Of a stretch of DNA of 64,000 nt, positions 45,775-55,016 are shown piece by piece. The notes beneath the pieces are model-generated. The model made no database searches. It had not been told where the DNA came from and saw only the letters and a list, made by a program, of their open reading frames with translations. How positions within the stretch are numbered: position 1 is the first letter of the stretch; each line of letters starts with the position of its first letter. This DNA is from Candidatus Woesearchaeota archaeon (GTDB lineage Archaea; Nanobdellota; Nanobdellia; Woesearchaeales; UBA10216): NCBI GenBank assembly GCA_016180065.1, contig JACPBY010000002.1, positions 2,214 to 66,213 on the forward strand, read 5' to 3'. The translations under genes were made by a program, and so were the position numbers.

Positions 45775-47187
45775 ATGATTGAGCGAGACCTGTTCCTGCA
45801 AATAGAGAAAACAGCAGGCAAGATACATTCCATCAGGCAGGCAGAAAAGCATGCCATGAAGGAAAAAGGGCTCAGCGAAGCTGTAGTCCGGGCTATTTCA
45901 AAAGACAAGAACGAGCCGGAATGGATGCTGAAAAAAAGGCTCGGGGCTTACAGGCTCTTCATGAAAGAACCGATGCCCGCAAAGGGGATTGACCTCACCG
46001 GCCTGGATTTTAGCGAGATAATCTATTACGCAAAGCCAGAGGCTGAGCAGAGCCGGAGCTGGGAAGATGTGCCTGAAAACATAAAGAAAACGTTTGAGCT
46101 GCTTGGCATACCTGAAACAGAAAGGAAAGCCCTGGCAGGGGCAGGAGCCCAGTATGACAGCTCGGTAGTTTACCACAACCTCAAGAAAGAATGGGAAAAT
46201 CAGGGCGTGATATTTGAAGACATGGATGTTGCGGTGCAAAAACACCCTGAGCTGGTGAAAAAGCATTTCATGACAGCATGCGTGCCTGTGAACTATCACA
46301 AGCTTACAATGCTCCACGCTGCAGTATGGAGCGGGGGAAGCTTTGTTTACATTCCTGAAGGCGTCAAGGTTGCAATGCCACTGCAGGCTTACTTCAGGAT
46401 GAATGCAAGGAAGGGCGGGCAGTTTGAGCATACACTCATCATAGCAGGGCCAGACAGCGGAGTAAGCTATTCTGAAGGGTGCTCTGCCCCAAGCTACAAC
46501 GCAAGCTCGCTGCATGCAGGCTGCGTTGAAATCTTCGTGAAGGAAGGAGCCAGAGTAAGGTACAGCAGCGTCGAGAACTGGAGCAAAAACACGTATAACC
46601 TGAACACGAAAAAAGCCATTGTTGAAAGGAATGGGATAATGGAATGGGTTGGGAGCAATGTTGGCTCTAAAGCAACAATGCTTTACCCATGCACTGTCCT
46701 GAAAGGAGAGGGCGCAAGGGCAGACCACCTGGGAATATCCTATGCAGGCAATGGCCAGAACCAGGATACGGGAGCCAAAGTTTACCACCTTGCCAGGAAC
46801 ACTGCTTCAACGATAAAAATGAAGAGCATAAGCAGGAACGGGGGAATAACCACCTACCGCGGCCTTGTCAGGGTTGCAAAAGGCGCCATAGACTCAAGGG
46901 TGAGCTCAGTATGCGATGCGCTGATAATGGACGAGCAGTCAAAGTCCAATACAGTCCCCGTAATGGATGTTAACGAAAAACAATCTGAAATTTCCCATGA
47001 GGCAAGCGTCGGCAGGTTAAACACTGAAAAGGTATTCTACCTGATGAGCCGCGGCTTAAATGAGGAGGAAGCTGTAAGGCTTATAGTTTCAGGGTTCATT
47101 GAGCCCATAATAAAAGAACTGCCGATGGAATATGCTGTTGAGCTTAACAGGCTGATACAGCTTGACATGGCAGGAGCAATCGGGTAA
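45775..47187 (+). CDS. sufB: Fe-S cluster assembly protein SufB
   Basis: About 470 aa. The segments ...GGQFEHTLIIAGPDSGVSYSEGCSAP... and ...ISHEASVGRLNTEKVFYLMSRGLNEEEA... are typical of SufB. Confidence 0.9.
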   Translation: MIERDLFLQIEKTAGKIHSIRQAEKHAMKEKGLSEAVVRAISKDKNEPEWMLKKRLGAYRLFMKEPMPAKGIDLTGLDFSEIIYYAKPEAEQSRSWEDVPENIKKTFELLGIPETERKALAGAGAQYDSSVVYHNLKKEWENQGVIFEDMDVAVQKHPELVKKHFMTACVPVNYHKLTMLHAAVWSGGSFVYIPEGVKVAMPLQAYFRMNARKGGQFEHTLIIAGPDSGVSYSEGCSAPSYNASSLHAGCVEIFVKEGARVRYSSVENWSKNTYNLNTKKAIVERNGIMEWVGSNVGSKATMLYPCTVLKGEGARADHLGISYAGNGQNQDTGAKVYHLARNTASTIKMKSISRNGGITTYRGLVRVAKGAIDSRVSSVCDALIMDEQSKSNTVPVMDVNEKQSEISHEASVGRLNTEKVFYLMSRGLNEEEAVRLIVSGFIEPIIKELPMEYAVELNRLIQLDMAGAIG

Positions 47188-47194
47188 TAACAAG

Positions 47195-48013
47195 ATGGAA
47201 GCAGGCGAACCAACAGTCAAGAAACTTCCGAACAACGGGCTTTTTGTCCGCTTGCCAAGCGGAGTTTCAGGGAAGAAAAGCATCACTGCAGCAGAAATGC
47301 AGGGCACTACCCTGCTGGTTATTGTGGCTGAAGAGGGTTCAGAGCTTGATATTGTGAGCCTCGCGAATTTAAGCCAAAAGATTGACGTCTTTGCAAAGGC
47401 AGGCTCAAAAGTAAGGCTCACGGCCACGCACACCAGCTCGGTTTTGGGAAATGCTGTTGCTGAAAAAGGCGCATCTGTCGAGTGGACGGGCATGGTAGTT
47501 GGGAAAGGAAAGGCAAAGCTGGATGTCACATGCTCACTCAACGGCGAGGGGGCTGCATCAAGGTTTACGGGAATCTTCATTGGAAACAAGTCCCAGCACA
47601 TAGAGATGACCGCCAAGACAGTCCATAATGCACCTGGCACGACAAGCAGCATGAAAGCAAAAGGCGCCCTCAAAGGAAGCTCCAGAGCGGTTGTGCAAAC
47701 TTTCACAAAGATAACCGAAAAGGCTGCAAACTCTGAATGCAGCCAGAAGGTTGAGCTGCTGCTCCTCAGCAAAAATGCAGGGGCAAAGCCAATACCAATG
47801 CTTGAGATAGACAACTGCAACACCAAGGCATCCCATTCGGCTTTCATAGGCAGGCTTGACAGGGAGAGACTGTTTTACCTGAAGAGCCGGGGACTGAACG
47901 AGAAAGAGGCAGCAAAGCTCGCCGTAGAGGGGTTCTTTGAGCCGCTGCTCAGGGAAATCCAGAATAATGGGCTGGCAGACAGTTTAAGGCAGGCGATAGC
48001 AGGAAAAGGCTAG
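47195..48013 (+). CDS. sufD: Fe-S cluster assembly protein SufD (short form)
   Basis: Beta-helix region plus ...ASHSAFIGRLDRERLFYLKSRGLNEKEA..., paralogous to the SufB C-terminus. Confidence 0.75.
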   Translation: MEAGEPTVKKLPNNGLFVRLPSGVSGKKSITAAEMQGTTLLVIVAEEGSELDIVSLANLSQKIDVFAKAGSKVRLTATHTSSVLGNAVAEKGASVEWTGMVVGKGKAKLDVTCSLNGEGAASRFTGIFIGNKSQHIEMTAKTVHNAPGTTSSMKAKGALKGSSRAVVQTFTKITEKAANSECSQKVELLLLSKNAGAKPIPMLEIDNCNTKASHSAFIGRLDRERLFYLKSRGLNEKEAAKLAVEGFFEPLLREIQNNGLADSLRQAIAGKG

Positions 48014-48030
48014 TGGTGAGAGATGAAAAA

Positions 48031-49257
48031 ATGCTGAATGCCAAAAAGATACGGGAAGATTTTCCGATACTGAAAAGAAAAGTCTACGGGAAACCGCTGG
48101 TCTATCTGGATAATGCTGCAACTACCCAGAAGCCAATGCAGGTAATTGAGGCAATAAGCCGCTATTACAGGGAATACAACTCCAATGTCCACAGGGCAGT
48201 CCATAAGCTGAGCCAGGAAGCGACAGAGGCCTACGAGTCAGCGCATGAGAAAGTTTCCAATTTTATAGGGGCAAAGGGGATTCAGGAGGTTGCATTCACC
48301 AAAAACGCAACAGAGTCGCTAAACCTCGTTGCAAATTCATTATCAAGGCAGCTAAGCAAAGGAGACGAAATAATCCTGACCCAGATGGAGCACCACAGCA
48401 ACATGGTCCCTTGGCAGCAGGCTGCAAAAAGAACAGGGGCAAGGCTGAAATACATTGAAATTGACGGCAACGGCGAATTAAAAATGCAGCAGCTGCAATC
48501 CTTAATCAACAAAAAGACAAAAATTGTTGCATTCACCCATGTTTCAAATGTTTTGGGAACGATAAACCCGGCAAAGGAAATAATATCCGCAGCGAAGGAT
48601 GCTGGCGCGATAACTGTCATGGATGGAGCGCAATCCGTGCCCCACATGCCAGTTAATGCCCAAAAGCTCGGCTGCGACTTCCTGGCCTTTTCCTCACACA
48701 AAATGCTCGGCCCGATGGGCATCGGAGTGCTTTACGGCAAAGATGAGCTTCTCGAGAAGATGGAACCGCTCCTTTACGGGGGAGACATGGTAAGCGAGGT
48801 AAGCTTTGAAGATGCCAAGTGGAACGAGCTGCCGTGGAGGCTCGAGGCAGGGACTCCGGACGTTGCAGGGGCAGTCGGGCTGGCAGCCGCAATTGACTAC
48901 CTCCTGAAAATCGGGCTGGAAAACATTCACGACCACGAAAAGCTTCTGACAAAGCTGGCAATTGAAAAGCTTCAGCAGATAGCCGGGCTTGCGATTTACG
49001 GCCCGGAAGCTGAAAGGGCAGGGCTTGCCTCGTTCAGCATAAACGGCGTGCATCCGCATGACGTTTCAGCCCTGCTGGACGCTGAAGGCATAGCGGTTCG
49101 TGGAGGACACCATTGCGCAATGCCCCTTGCCAGGCTGCTGGGAACATTCGGCTCGACAAGGGCAAGCTTCTACATATACAACACAGCTCAGGAGATGGAA
49201 AAACTGGCGGCTGCTGTGGAAAAACTGGCGGCGAGGATGGGAAAGCTCAGGAAGTGA
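48031..49257 (+). CDS. sufS: Cysteine desulfurase SufS (class II aminotransferase V)
   Basis: IREDFPIL...YLDNAATTQKP, the PLP lysine motif SSHKMLGP and the catalytic RGGHHCA loop. Confidence 0.9.
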   Translation: MLNAKKIREDFPILKRKVYGKPLVYLDNAATTQKPMQVIEAISRYYREYNSNVHRAVHKLSQEATEAYESAHEKVSNFIGAKGIQEVAFTKNATESLNLVANSLSRQLSKGDEIILTQMEHHSNMVPWQQAAKRTGARLKYIEIDGNGELKMQQLQSLINKKTKIVAFTHVSNVLGTINPAKEIISAAKDAGAITVMDGAQSVPHMPVNAQKLGCDFLAFSSHKMLGPMGIGVLYGKDELLEKMEPLLYGGDMVSEVSFEDAKWNELPWRLEAGTPDVAGAVGLAAAIDYLLKIGLENIHDHEKLLTKLAIEKLQQIAGLAIYGPEAERAGLASFSINGVHPHDVSALLDAEGIAVRGGHHCAMPLARLLGTFGSTRASFYIYNTAQEMEKLAAAVEKLAARMGKLRK

Positions 49258-49264
49258 CAGCAGG

Positions 49265-49666
49265 ATGAAGGAAGCAAGCGCCATAGAAGAGCTTTACAGG
49301 GAGGAGATAATGGACCACTACCAGCACCCGAGAAATTTTGGGCGGCTGAAAAATGCTGATGTCTGCTACCATGACTACAACCCTGTATGCGGGGATGAGG
49401 TAACAATGCAGCTCAAAGCCGAAAAAGGCACAGCAAAGGAAGCTGTGTTTACCGGGAAAGGCTGCGCGATAAGCCAGGCGGCAGCCTCAATGCTGACAGA
49501 GTATGCAGCCGGGAAAAAATTACGGCAACTTTTGCAGATGAAAGCAGGGGAGATGCTGCAGCTGCTCAAAATAAGCCCGGGGCCAGTGAGGATAAAATGC
49601 GCCCTGCTGGCAATGAGGGCAATGCAGAAGGGAATAATACAATACGAGGCCGGGGCAGCAAAATGA
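49265..49666 (+). CDS. sufU: SufU/IscU-type Fe-S scaffold or sulfur-acceptor protein
   Basis: LYREEIMDHYQHPRNFG...NPVCGDE...GKGCAIS...RIKCALLA are the three conserved Cys motifs. Confidence 0.8.
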   Translation: MKEASAIEELYREEIMDHYQHPRNFGRLKNADVCYHDYNPVCGDEVTMQLKAEKGTAKEAVFTGKGCAISQAAASMLTEYAAGKKLRQLLQMKAGEMLQLLKISPGPVRIKCALLAMRAMQKGIIQYEAGAAK

Positions 49667-50427
49667 ACGAGCTTCAAGTGAAAGACCTGCATGTGGAAGT
49701 GAAAGGCAAGGAAATACTAAAAGGGGTAAGCCTTACAGCCAGCAAAGGCGAGGTTGTTGCTCTGATGGGGCCTAACGGCGCTGGAAAAAGCTCGTTCGGG
49801 TATGCGCTGATGGGACATCCGGACTACAAAGCAACCAAAGGCAGGATAATCTACAATGGCAAAAACATAACAAAGCTGCCGCCAGACGAAAGAGCCAGAA
49901 GAGGGCTGTTCCTGTCGTTCCAGCACCCGACAGAGCTGCCTGGCGTAAGCATAGCAAACTTCCTCAGGACGGCAATGAACAGCACAAGGGACAAGAAAAA
50001 CCCGATTCCGGTTGCGGAATTTGTCAGGCAGCTAAAAGAAGCCATGAAAGCCCTGAAAATGGACGAATCATTCATGCACCGCTACCTCAATGATGGGTTC
50101 TCTGGAGGGGAAAAGAAAAGGGCAGAGATACTCCAGATGGCCCTCCTCAAGCCTGAAATGGCCATACTTGACGAAACAGACAGCGGCTTGGACGTTGACT
50201 CACTAAAAACGGTTGCGGAAGGCATTAACCGGCTCATGAACAAGAACACGGGGCTGCTGCTCATAACGCACTACCAGCGAATATTAAGGCATGTAAAGCC
50301 GGACAAGGTCTACGTAATGATGGAAGGGAAAATAATAAAAACCGGAGGCGAAGAGCTTGCCCGCCAGATAGAAAATGAAGGATATGAGTCAATAAAGGTG
50401 AGTAAAGATGGCAAAATACCTCCTTGA
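49663..50427 (+). CDS. sufC: Fe-S cluster assembly ATPase SufC
   Basis: Walker A GPNGAGKSS, signature FSGGEKKR, Walker B AILDETDSGLD and H-loop ITH. Its ATG overlaps the sufU stop (ATGA). Confidence 0.9.
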   Translation: MNELQVKDLHVEVKGKEILKGVSLTASKGEVVALMGPNGAGKSSFGYALMGHPDYKATKGRIIYNGKNITKLPPDERARRGLFLSFQHPTELPGVSIANFLRTAMNSTRDKKNPIPVAEFVRQLKEAMKALKMDESFMHRYLNDGFSGGEKKRAEILQMALLKPEMAILDETDSGLDVDSLKTVAEGINRLMNKNTGLLLITHYQRILRHVKPDKVYVMMEGKIIKTGGEELARQIENEGYESIKVSKDGKIPP

Positions 50428-50662
50428 ACACGACAGGCCGAACTGCATCGGATGCGGAGCATGCGCAGCAGTCTGCCCGAAGTTCTGGGAAATGAACGAC
50501 GACGGAAAGTCAGACATAAAAGGCGGGAAACCGCGAAAGGACGAATGGCAGGAGCTGGAGATAGACGAAAAAGACTTTGAAACGAACAGGGAAGCTGCGG
50601 AAAGCTGCCCGGTCAACGTCATACACATAAAAAACAAGGAAACGGGGGAAAAGATAATATAG
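50408..50662 (+). CDS. Small [4Fe-4S] ferredoxin
   Basis: CIGCGACAAVCP plus a distal CP (ESCPVNVI). It overlaps the sufC 3' end by 20 nt. Confidence 0.7.
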   Translation: MAKYLLEHDRPNCIGCGACAAVCPKFWEMNDDGKSDIKGGKPRKDEWQELEIDEKDFETNREAAESCPVNVIHIKNKETGEKII

Positions 50663-50703
50663 AGAACTTTGCTATGTGACAGAGATAATCAAAGTTGTCT
50701 ATA
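50658..50703. repeat. Hairpin element D (14-bp stem with one mismatch, 18-nt loop), same family as A, B and C
   Basis: TATAGAGAACTTTG (50658-50671) pairs with CAAAGTTGTCTATA (50690-50703). The loop CTATGTGACAGAGATAAT contains ATGTGAC, the reverse complement of the GTCACAT seen in the loops of A and B. Confidence 0.8.
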
Positions 50704-50740
50704 GCAGCTGCTGAAGCTCGTTTGGATAGAATGCTAACAC

Positions 50741-51265
50741 ATGAAAATTGAAAAATTTTTCAAAGAGTTTGAAAGCGAAATTGACACTCTCCTCGAGGAA
50801 GGAGTTTTTATTGGGTTAAAAGAGTTTGATGTATTGGCAGATGCGACTTTTACCCTGCTATTTGATGTCGCGATGTATAACATTGCCAGAAGAAATAATC
50901 TTACACTGGTGCCAGAAAAGGGTGTGCGAAAGGGAGGAAGGGGAGGTTACTCAGATATCACTCTTTATTCACATGATGGAAAAGAGGAATTAATTGATGT
51001 TGAACACGAGAACAAACCGATAAGGGAACAAAAAGGAAAAAGAGCCATAGAAAAGTCAATAGATAATTTAATGATTTCAAGAGCAAAATACAAAGTGTTG
51101 GTAACTTACACTTATCAATACATCAATGCCAATGAACTTAAAGGATTATGCAAAGATTACTTAGACAAAAATTATCCGGATAGAAATGACTTCTACTTGT
51201 GTTATGCCGGATGCTATTTGACACACAGGCAGAACGGCAGCTTATTCAAATGGCAAATTATTTAA
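50741..51265 (+). CDS. Hypothetical protein, possible PD-(D/E)xK nuclease fold (174 aa)
   Basis: AT-rich ORF. YSDITLY...LIDVEHENK is compatible with a D...ExK catalytic arrangement, but this is a weak call. Confidence 0.4.
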   Translation: MKIEKFFKEFESEIDTLLEEGVFIGLKEFDVLADATFTLLFDVAMYNIARRNNLTLVPEKGVRKGGRGGYSDITLYSHDGKEELIDVEHENKPIREQKGKRAIEKSIDNLMISRAKYKVLVTYTYQYINANELKGLCKDYLDKNYPDRNDFYLCYAGCYLTHRQNGSLFKWQII

Positions 51266-51289
51266 GCAAGCGTATATTTTTGTATAAGG

Positions 51290-51805
51290 ATGTATAAGTT
51301 TGTGCTGGATGCTGATGGCATAATAAAACTGGCCAAGGCCGGGGTGCTGGAGAAGCTGGTGGAAAGCGCTTTTTGCGTAGTGCCAATGCAGGTTTATGAT
51401 GAAGTGATGAGGGGCAAGGAAAAAATGCATAAAGACGCTCTCGTAACAGAGTCACTCGCGGCTCAATCAAAGATTAAGATTGCTGAACACGGTAAAACAG
51501 AGTTCACAGGAGCGGGTGCAGGTGAAAGCGCTGCTCTTGCAGTCTTCATGAGAGAGAACGCCGACTCAATAATAAGCGACGATTTAAGATTTTTGGCCAA
51601 GCTTGAGAAAGAGAATATTCCATTTACAACACCAGCTAACGCGTTAGTTTGGCTTGCTAAAAATAGCAAAATAACAAAGGAAGAAGCGTTAGATTCGTTA
51701 GAAAAGCTGAAGGAGTTTGTAAGAGAAGAAGCTTACGAAAGAGCTAAAAAATTGCTTGGAGGAAAAGAAAATGACAACCGTGTCTTACCCGTTGAGGATA
51801 CCTGA
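51290..51805 (+). CDS. PIN-like DUF3368 family protein (putative toxin)
   Basis: FVLDADGIIKLAKAGVLEKL...VPMQVYDEV...GAGESAALAVFMRENADSIISDDLRFLAKLEKENIPFTTPANAL matches the DUF3368 pattern. Confidence 0.65.
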   Translation: MYKFVLDADGIIKLAKAGVLEKLVESAFCVVPMQVYDEVMRGKEKMHKDALVTESLAAQSKIKIAEHGKTEFTGAGAGESAALAVFMRENADSIISDDLRFLAKLEKENIPFTTPANALVWLAKNSKITKEEALDSLEKLKEFVREEAYERAKKLLGGKENDNRVLPVEDT

Positions 51806-52079
51806 AGAGATAATGGGAGTCGCTAAACTGAGGGCGAAGGAGGAATACGTGGGCAGTTCAACAGCCTTAAGACAGATGCTTCACGTTGGCGCAGAGGAGT
51901 ATATGCTGGGCCTTGTGGAGAAAGGCAGGATAACGGTAGGGAGGGCTGCAGAACTCCTTAAAATACCTATTCAGGACATTTACGGGCTTGCCAGGAAGCA
52001 CGGCATCCGGCTTGGAGCCAGTTTAGAACAGATAAAGGCAAGCGAAAAAACACTTAAGCTGCTGCTAAAAAAAAAATGA
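51771..52079 (+). CDS. UPF0175 family protein (putative antitoxin partner of DUF3368)
   Basis: RIPEEIMG...EKGRITVGRAAELLKIPIQDIYGLARKHGI is an HTH of UPF0175 type. GGAGG lies upstream of the ATG at 51771. Confidence 0.6.
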   Translation: MTTVSYPLRIPEEIMGVAKLRAKEEYVGSSTALRQMLHVGAEEYMLGLVEKGRITVGRAAELLKIPIQDIYGLARKHGIRLGASLEQIKASEKTLKLLLKKK

Positions 52080-52915
52080 GCCAGCTTCTTTTCGGCACAG
52101 CAGGCATCCCGATGGCTGCAAAGGGCACCGACACTGCCTCGGGCATAAGGGCTGTAAAAGAGCTTGGCCTTGATGCCATGGAACTTGAGTTTGTGCAAGG
52201 CGTTAACATCAGCAGGAAGAACGCCCCGAAAATAAAGGCTGCTGCCGCGAAAGAGAATGTTGCCCTGACCTGCCACGCGCCATATTACATCAACCTGAAT
52301 GCTGCTGAAGCTGCAAAGCTTGAGGCGAGCAAGAAAAGGCTGGTTAATGCTGCTGAAACTGCCTGGCTGTGCGGGGCAAAAAGCGTTGCGTTCCATCCAG
52401 GATTTTACCTTAAAAGCAGCAAGGCAGAGGCGTATGGGAAAGTAAAACAACAGCTAAAACAAGTGATTGACCAGCTAAAAAACAGCAGCTGCAACATCAT
52501 GATACGCCCAGAAACAACAGGCAAAAGGAGCCAGTTCGGGGACCTGAACGAAATTTTGCAGCTGTGCAGGGAGGTTGAGCAGGTAATGCCATGCATAGAC
52601 TATGCCCACATGCACGCACGGGAGGGAGGATGCAACAGCCACGATGAGTTTTGCGGAATCCTGGCTGCTGTTGAAAAAGAGCTTGGAAAGGAAGCGCTGA
52701 AGGACATGCACATACAGGTTTCCGGGGTTAACTACGGCAGCAAAGGAGAGCTAAACCACCTGGAGCTAAAGGACTCTGACCTGGATTACGAAGGGATTGC
52801 AAAGAGCTGGAGAGAATTTTCCATTGCAGGGATTGCAATCAGCGAAAGCCCGAACATCGAAAAGGATGCGCTGATGCTGAAAAGGCTGTGGGAAAATTCT
52901 GATAACAAGGCTTAA
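52076..52915 (+). CDS. nfo: Endonuclease IV-like AP endonuclease (xylose-isomerase-like TIM barrel)
   Basis: FGTAGIP...ELEF...HAPYYINL...AFHPG...IRPETTG...IDYAHMHA... metal-ligand pattern. Confidence 0.7.
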   Translation: MSQLLFGTAGIPMAAKGTDTASGIRAVKELGLDAMELEFVQGVNISRKNAPKIKAAAAKENVALTCHAPYYINLNAAEAAKLEASKKRLVNAAETAWLCGAKSVAFHPGFYLKSSKAEAYGKVKQQLKQVIDQLKNSSCNIMIRPETTGKRSQFGDLNEILQLCREVEQVMPCIDYAHMHAREGGCNSHDEFCGILAAVEKELGKEALKDMHIQVSGVNYGSKGELNHLELKDSDLDYEGIAKSWREFSIAGIAISESPNIEKDALMLKRLWENSDNKA

Positions 52916-52940
52916 AAACAAAGCACCTGAGTGTAAGCGC

Positions 52941-54530
52941 GTGGAAAAAGCAGGTGTACTGGCAATTTTACTGTATGCGCTGGCATCAATCTCTGTTGCA
53001 ATTGCGGGTGTGGTGCTTCTTAATTCAAGCAATGAGCCAGCCTGCGGCAACAAGCTAATGGAGCGAGGAGAAAACCCTCAGACCTGCTGCGAAGACGCCG
53101 GCTGCCTGCCAACGCAGAGCTGCACCAACCACTCCTGCACAGACATCAAATGCGGCAACTGCGAATACATTGCCGGCAACAGCTGCCAAAAATACGAGTG
53201 CTGCTCTGATGCGGAATGCGGCAAAAATGAAACCTGCAGCAGGAACACAAACAAATGCGTACAGATAGAATGCGATTGCGGCTACATAAAAAACAGGGCT
53301 TGCGTTAATTACGAATGCTGCAGCAACAATGAATGCCCTTCTGAAACCTGCCAGAACAACAGGTGCGCGCCATTGGCAGAACCTGAGCAGCCAAAGAAAG
53401 CAGAGAAAAAAACAAGCAAAGGAGGCTCACCTGCCGCACAGCAGCAAGAAAAGCAACAGGAAACACCAGCCACACCCATCACACGGCAAGGGCAGCAGGC
53501 ACAATTGCAATGCACACCGGCACTGGAAATATGTGACGGCAAAGACAACAACTGCAACGGCCTGGCGGATGACGGAATAGCCTGCGAGTGCACACCAGGC
53601 CAAACAAAAAGCTGCGGCGGCAACAGCATAGGCCAGTGCAGGATGGGAACACAGGCTTGCCAAAGCGATTACAAGTGGGGAAGCTGTGAAGGGAAAGTTG
53701 ACCCTGCTGCAGAGTCATGCGACAATAAAGACAATAACTGCAATGGCCAAATTGATGAAGGAAGCTTATGCCCGGGAGGACAGCTTTGTTCAGGAGGCAA
53801 CTGCAAGGACATTGACTCAGAATATGCCGTGCAGCCAGTGATATTCTATTCAAAGGACTACTCAAACGATAACGAAATGGTTAACTACCTCAAAGAAGAG
53901 TTTGAGGAGATAAGGCAGTTCTACAATGCAAAAGCTGGTGTAACCTTCACAATGCTGCAAACAGCAGTAGTTTACGGAGATTACGACCATGAATGGTACT
54001 GGTGCGTTGACAGCCAGGGAGGGTGTGAGCCGAACAACTTCGAGGCAAACATAATAAAGGAACTGAAAAACAAAGGGTTGCCGATAGATGGCGACTGGAA
54101 CAAAGTGCCGGCAGACAAGGTTACCTGGGTTGCTGCCTTCGGGGCAGGAGGATGGGCAGGAGGCAGAAGCTACCCGACAGGAGGAGGATTTGCGATGGTT
54201 GGGGATGCAGGGATTTATGCCGCAAAGGACAAAAACTGCAACAGGGTACTTGACAAATACTTCAGCACAGACAAACACCCAAACATAAAAGACTCCTGCC
54301 AGAACAGCTGGATACCATCAGGAAAAGCAGAAGGGTTTGGGATAGGAGCTTTAGGCCATGAACTGGGGCATGCACTTACCTTACCGCACCCAGACGGATA
54401 CCCCGGAACGACCCTTCAGGACTGGGAAAAAACCCTGATGGGCTACCACTGGAACTATCCCGACACAGGGCTTCTTGAGCAGGACATCTCAATAATACTG
54501 CAGAGCAAATACTTCAACACAAAAAACTGA
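52941..54530 (+). CDS. Membrane-anchored, Cys-rich metzincin-like zinc protease
   Basis: N-terminal anchor. Repeated C..YECCSD.EC modules. Two CDGKDNNCNG(L/Q)xD(D/E)G motifs. The C-terminal zinc site is GHELGHALTLPHPDG (HExxHxxxxxH). Confidence 0.65.
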   Translation: MEKAGVLAILLYALASISVAIAGVVLLNSSNEPACGNKLMERGENPQTCCEDAGCLPTQSCTNHSCTDIKCGNCEYIAGNSCQKYECCSDAECGKNETCSRNTNKCVQIECDCGYIKNRACVNYECCSNNECPSETCQNNRCAPLAEPEQPKKAEKKTSKGGSPAAQQQEKQQETPATPITRQGQQAQLQCTPALEICDGKDNNCNGLADDGIACECTPGQTKSCGGNSIGQCRMGTQACQSDYKWGSCEGKVDPAAESCDNKDNNCNGQIDEGSLCPGGQLCSGGNCKDIDSEYAVQPVIFYSKDYSNDNEMVNYLKEEFEEIRQFYNAKAGVTFTMLQTAVVYGDYDHEWYWCVDSQGGCEPNNFEANIIKELKNKGLPIDGDWNKVPADKVTWVAAFGAGGWAGGRSYPTGGGFAMVGDAGIYAAKDKNCNRVLDKYFSTDKHPNIKDSCQNSWIPSGKAEGFGIGALGHELGHALTLPHPDGYPGTTLQDWEKTLMGYHWNYPDTGLLEQDISIILQSKYFNTKN

Positions 54531-54541
54531 AATGCAGCGCA

Positions 54542-54943
54542 CTAAAACCACGGGCCCTTCTCAAAGATAAGCGCATCCATAACCAGATGGGTTATTATGC
54601 CGACAACCAAAAAGACGTAAAGCTCCTCATACTCCCACAACCTCTTTTTCTTGATAACGTGGTAATGGTAAAGGAAAGTTATGAGCAGCAGCGTGAAGAA
54701 GCCAAACGTGAACCAGTTTGCCGGGCTGTTTGTAGTTGCTGACAAGAACCTGAACAGCCCATCCTGCCTTACGTTGAGAACATTAATTGTTCCCTGGGCA
54801 ATTGCGGAAACCCCCTGCCTTATCGCATCGGGAAGAAGGTTGCCTATGAATATTGCAAGGCTGAACTCAAGCCTGAAATGCCTTAAGTGAACTGCAGAAG
54901 CTGACAACAAGCCAGCAATAATGTGAACAATAGCGCCAGGCAT
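54542..54943 (-). CDS. Membrane-bound metal-dependent hydrolase-like protein (YdjM/DUF457-like)
   Basis: MPGAIVHIIAG...NLLPD...THLVMD with 3-4 TM helices. I prefer this ATG over the TTG at 54970. Confidence 0.45.
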   Translation of the reverse strand: MPGAIVHIIAGLLSASAVHLRHFRLEFSLAIFIGNLLPDAIRQGVSAIAQGTINVLNVRQDGLFRFLSATTNSPANWFTFGFFTLLLITFLYHYHVIKKKRLWEYEELYVFLVVGIITHLVMDALIFEKGPWF

Positions 54944-55016
54944 GACCCTTTTGGGAAAAAGGCCAATCAAAAACTTTTCGGTTTTGCAAAGCCATTGTGG
55001 CGGTTATTGAGAGTTT

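Noticed and set aside
45898-46788. 296-aa minus-strand ORF inside sufB
   Set aside because: It is antisense to a strongly conserved gene, Cys/His/Phe-rich, and has no motifs.
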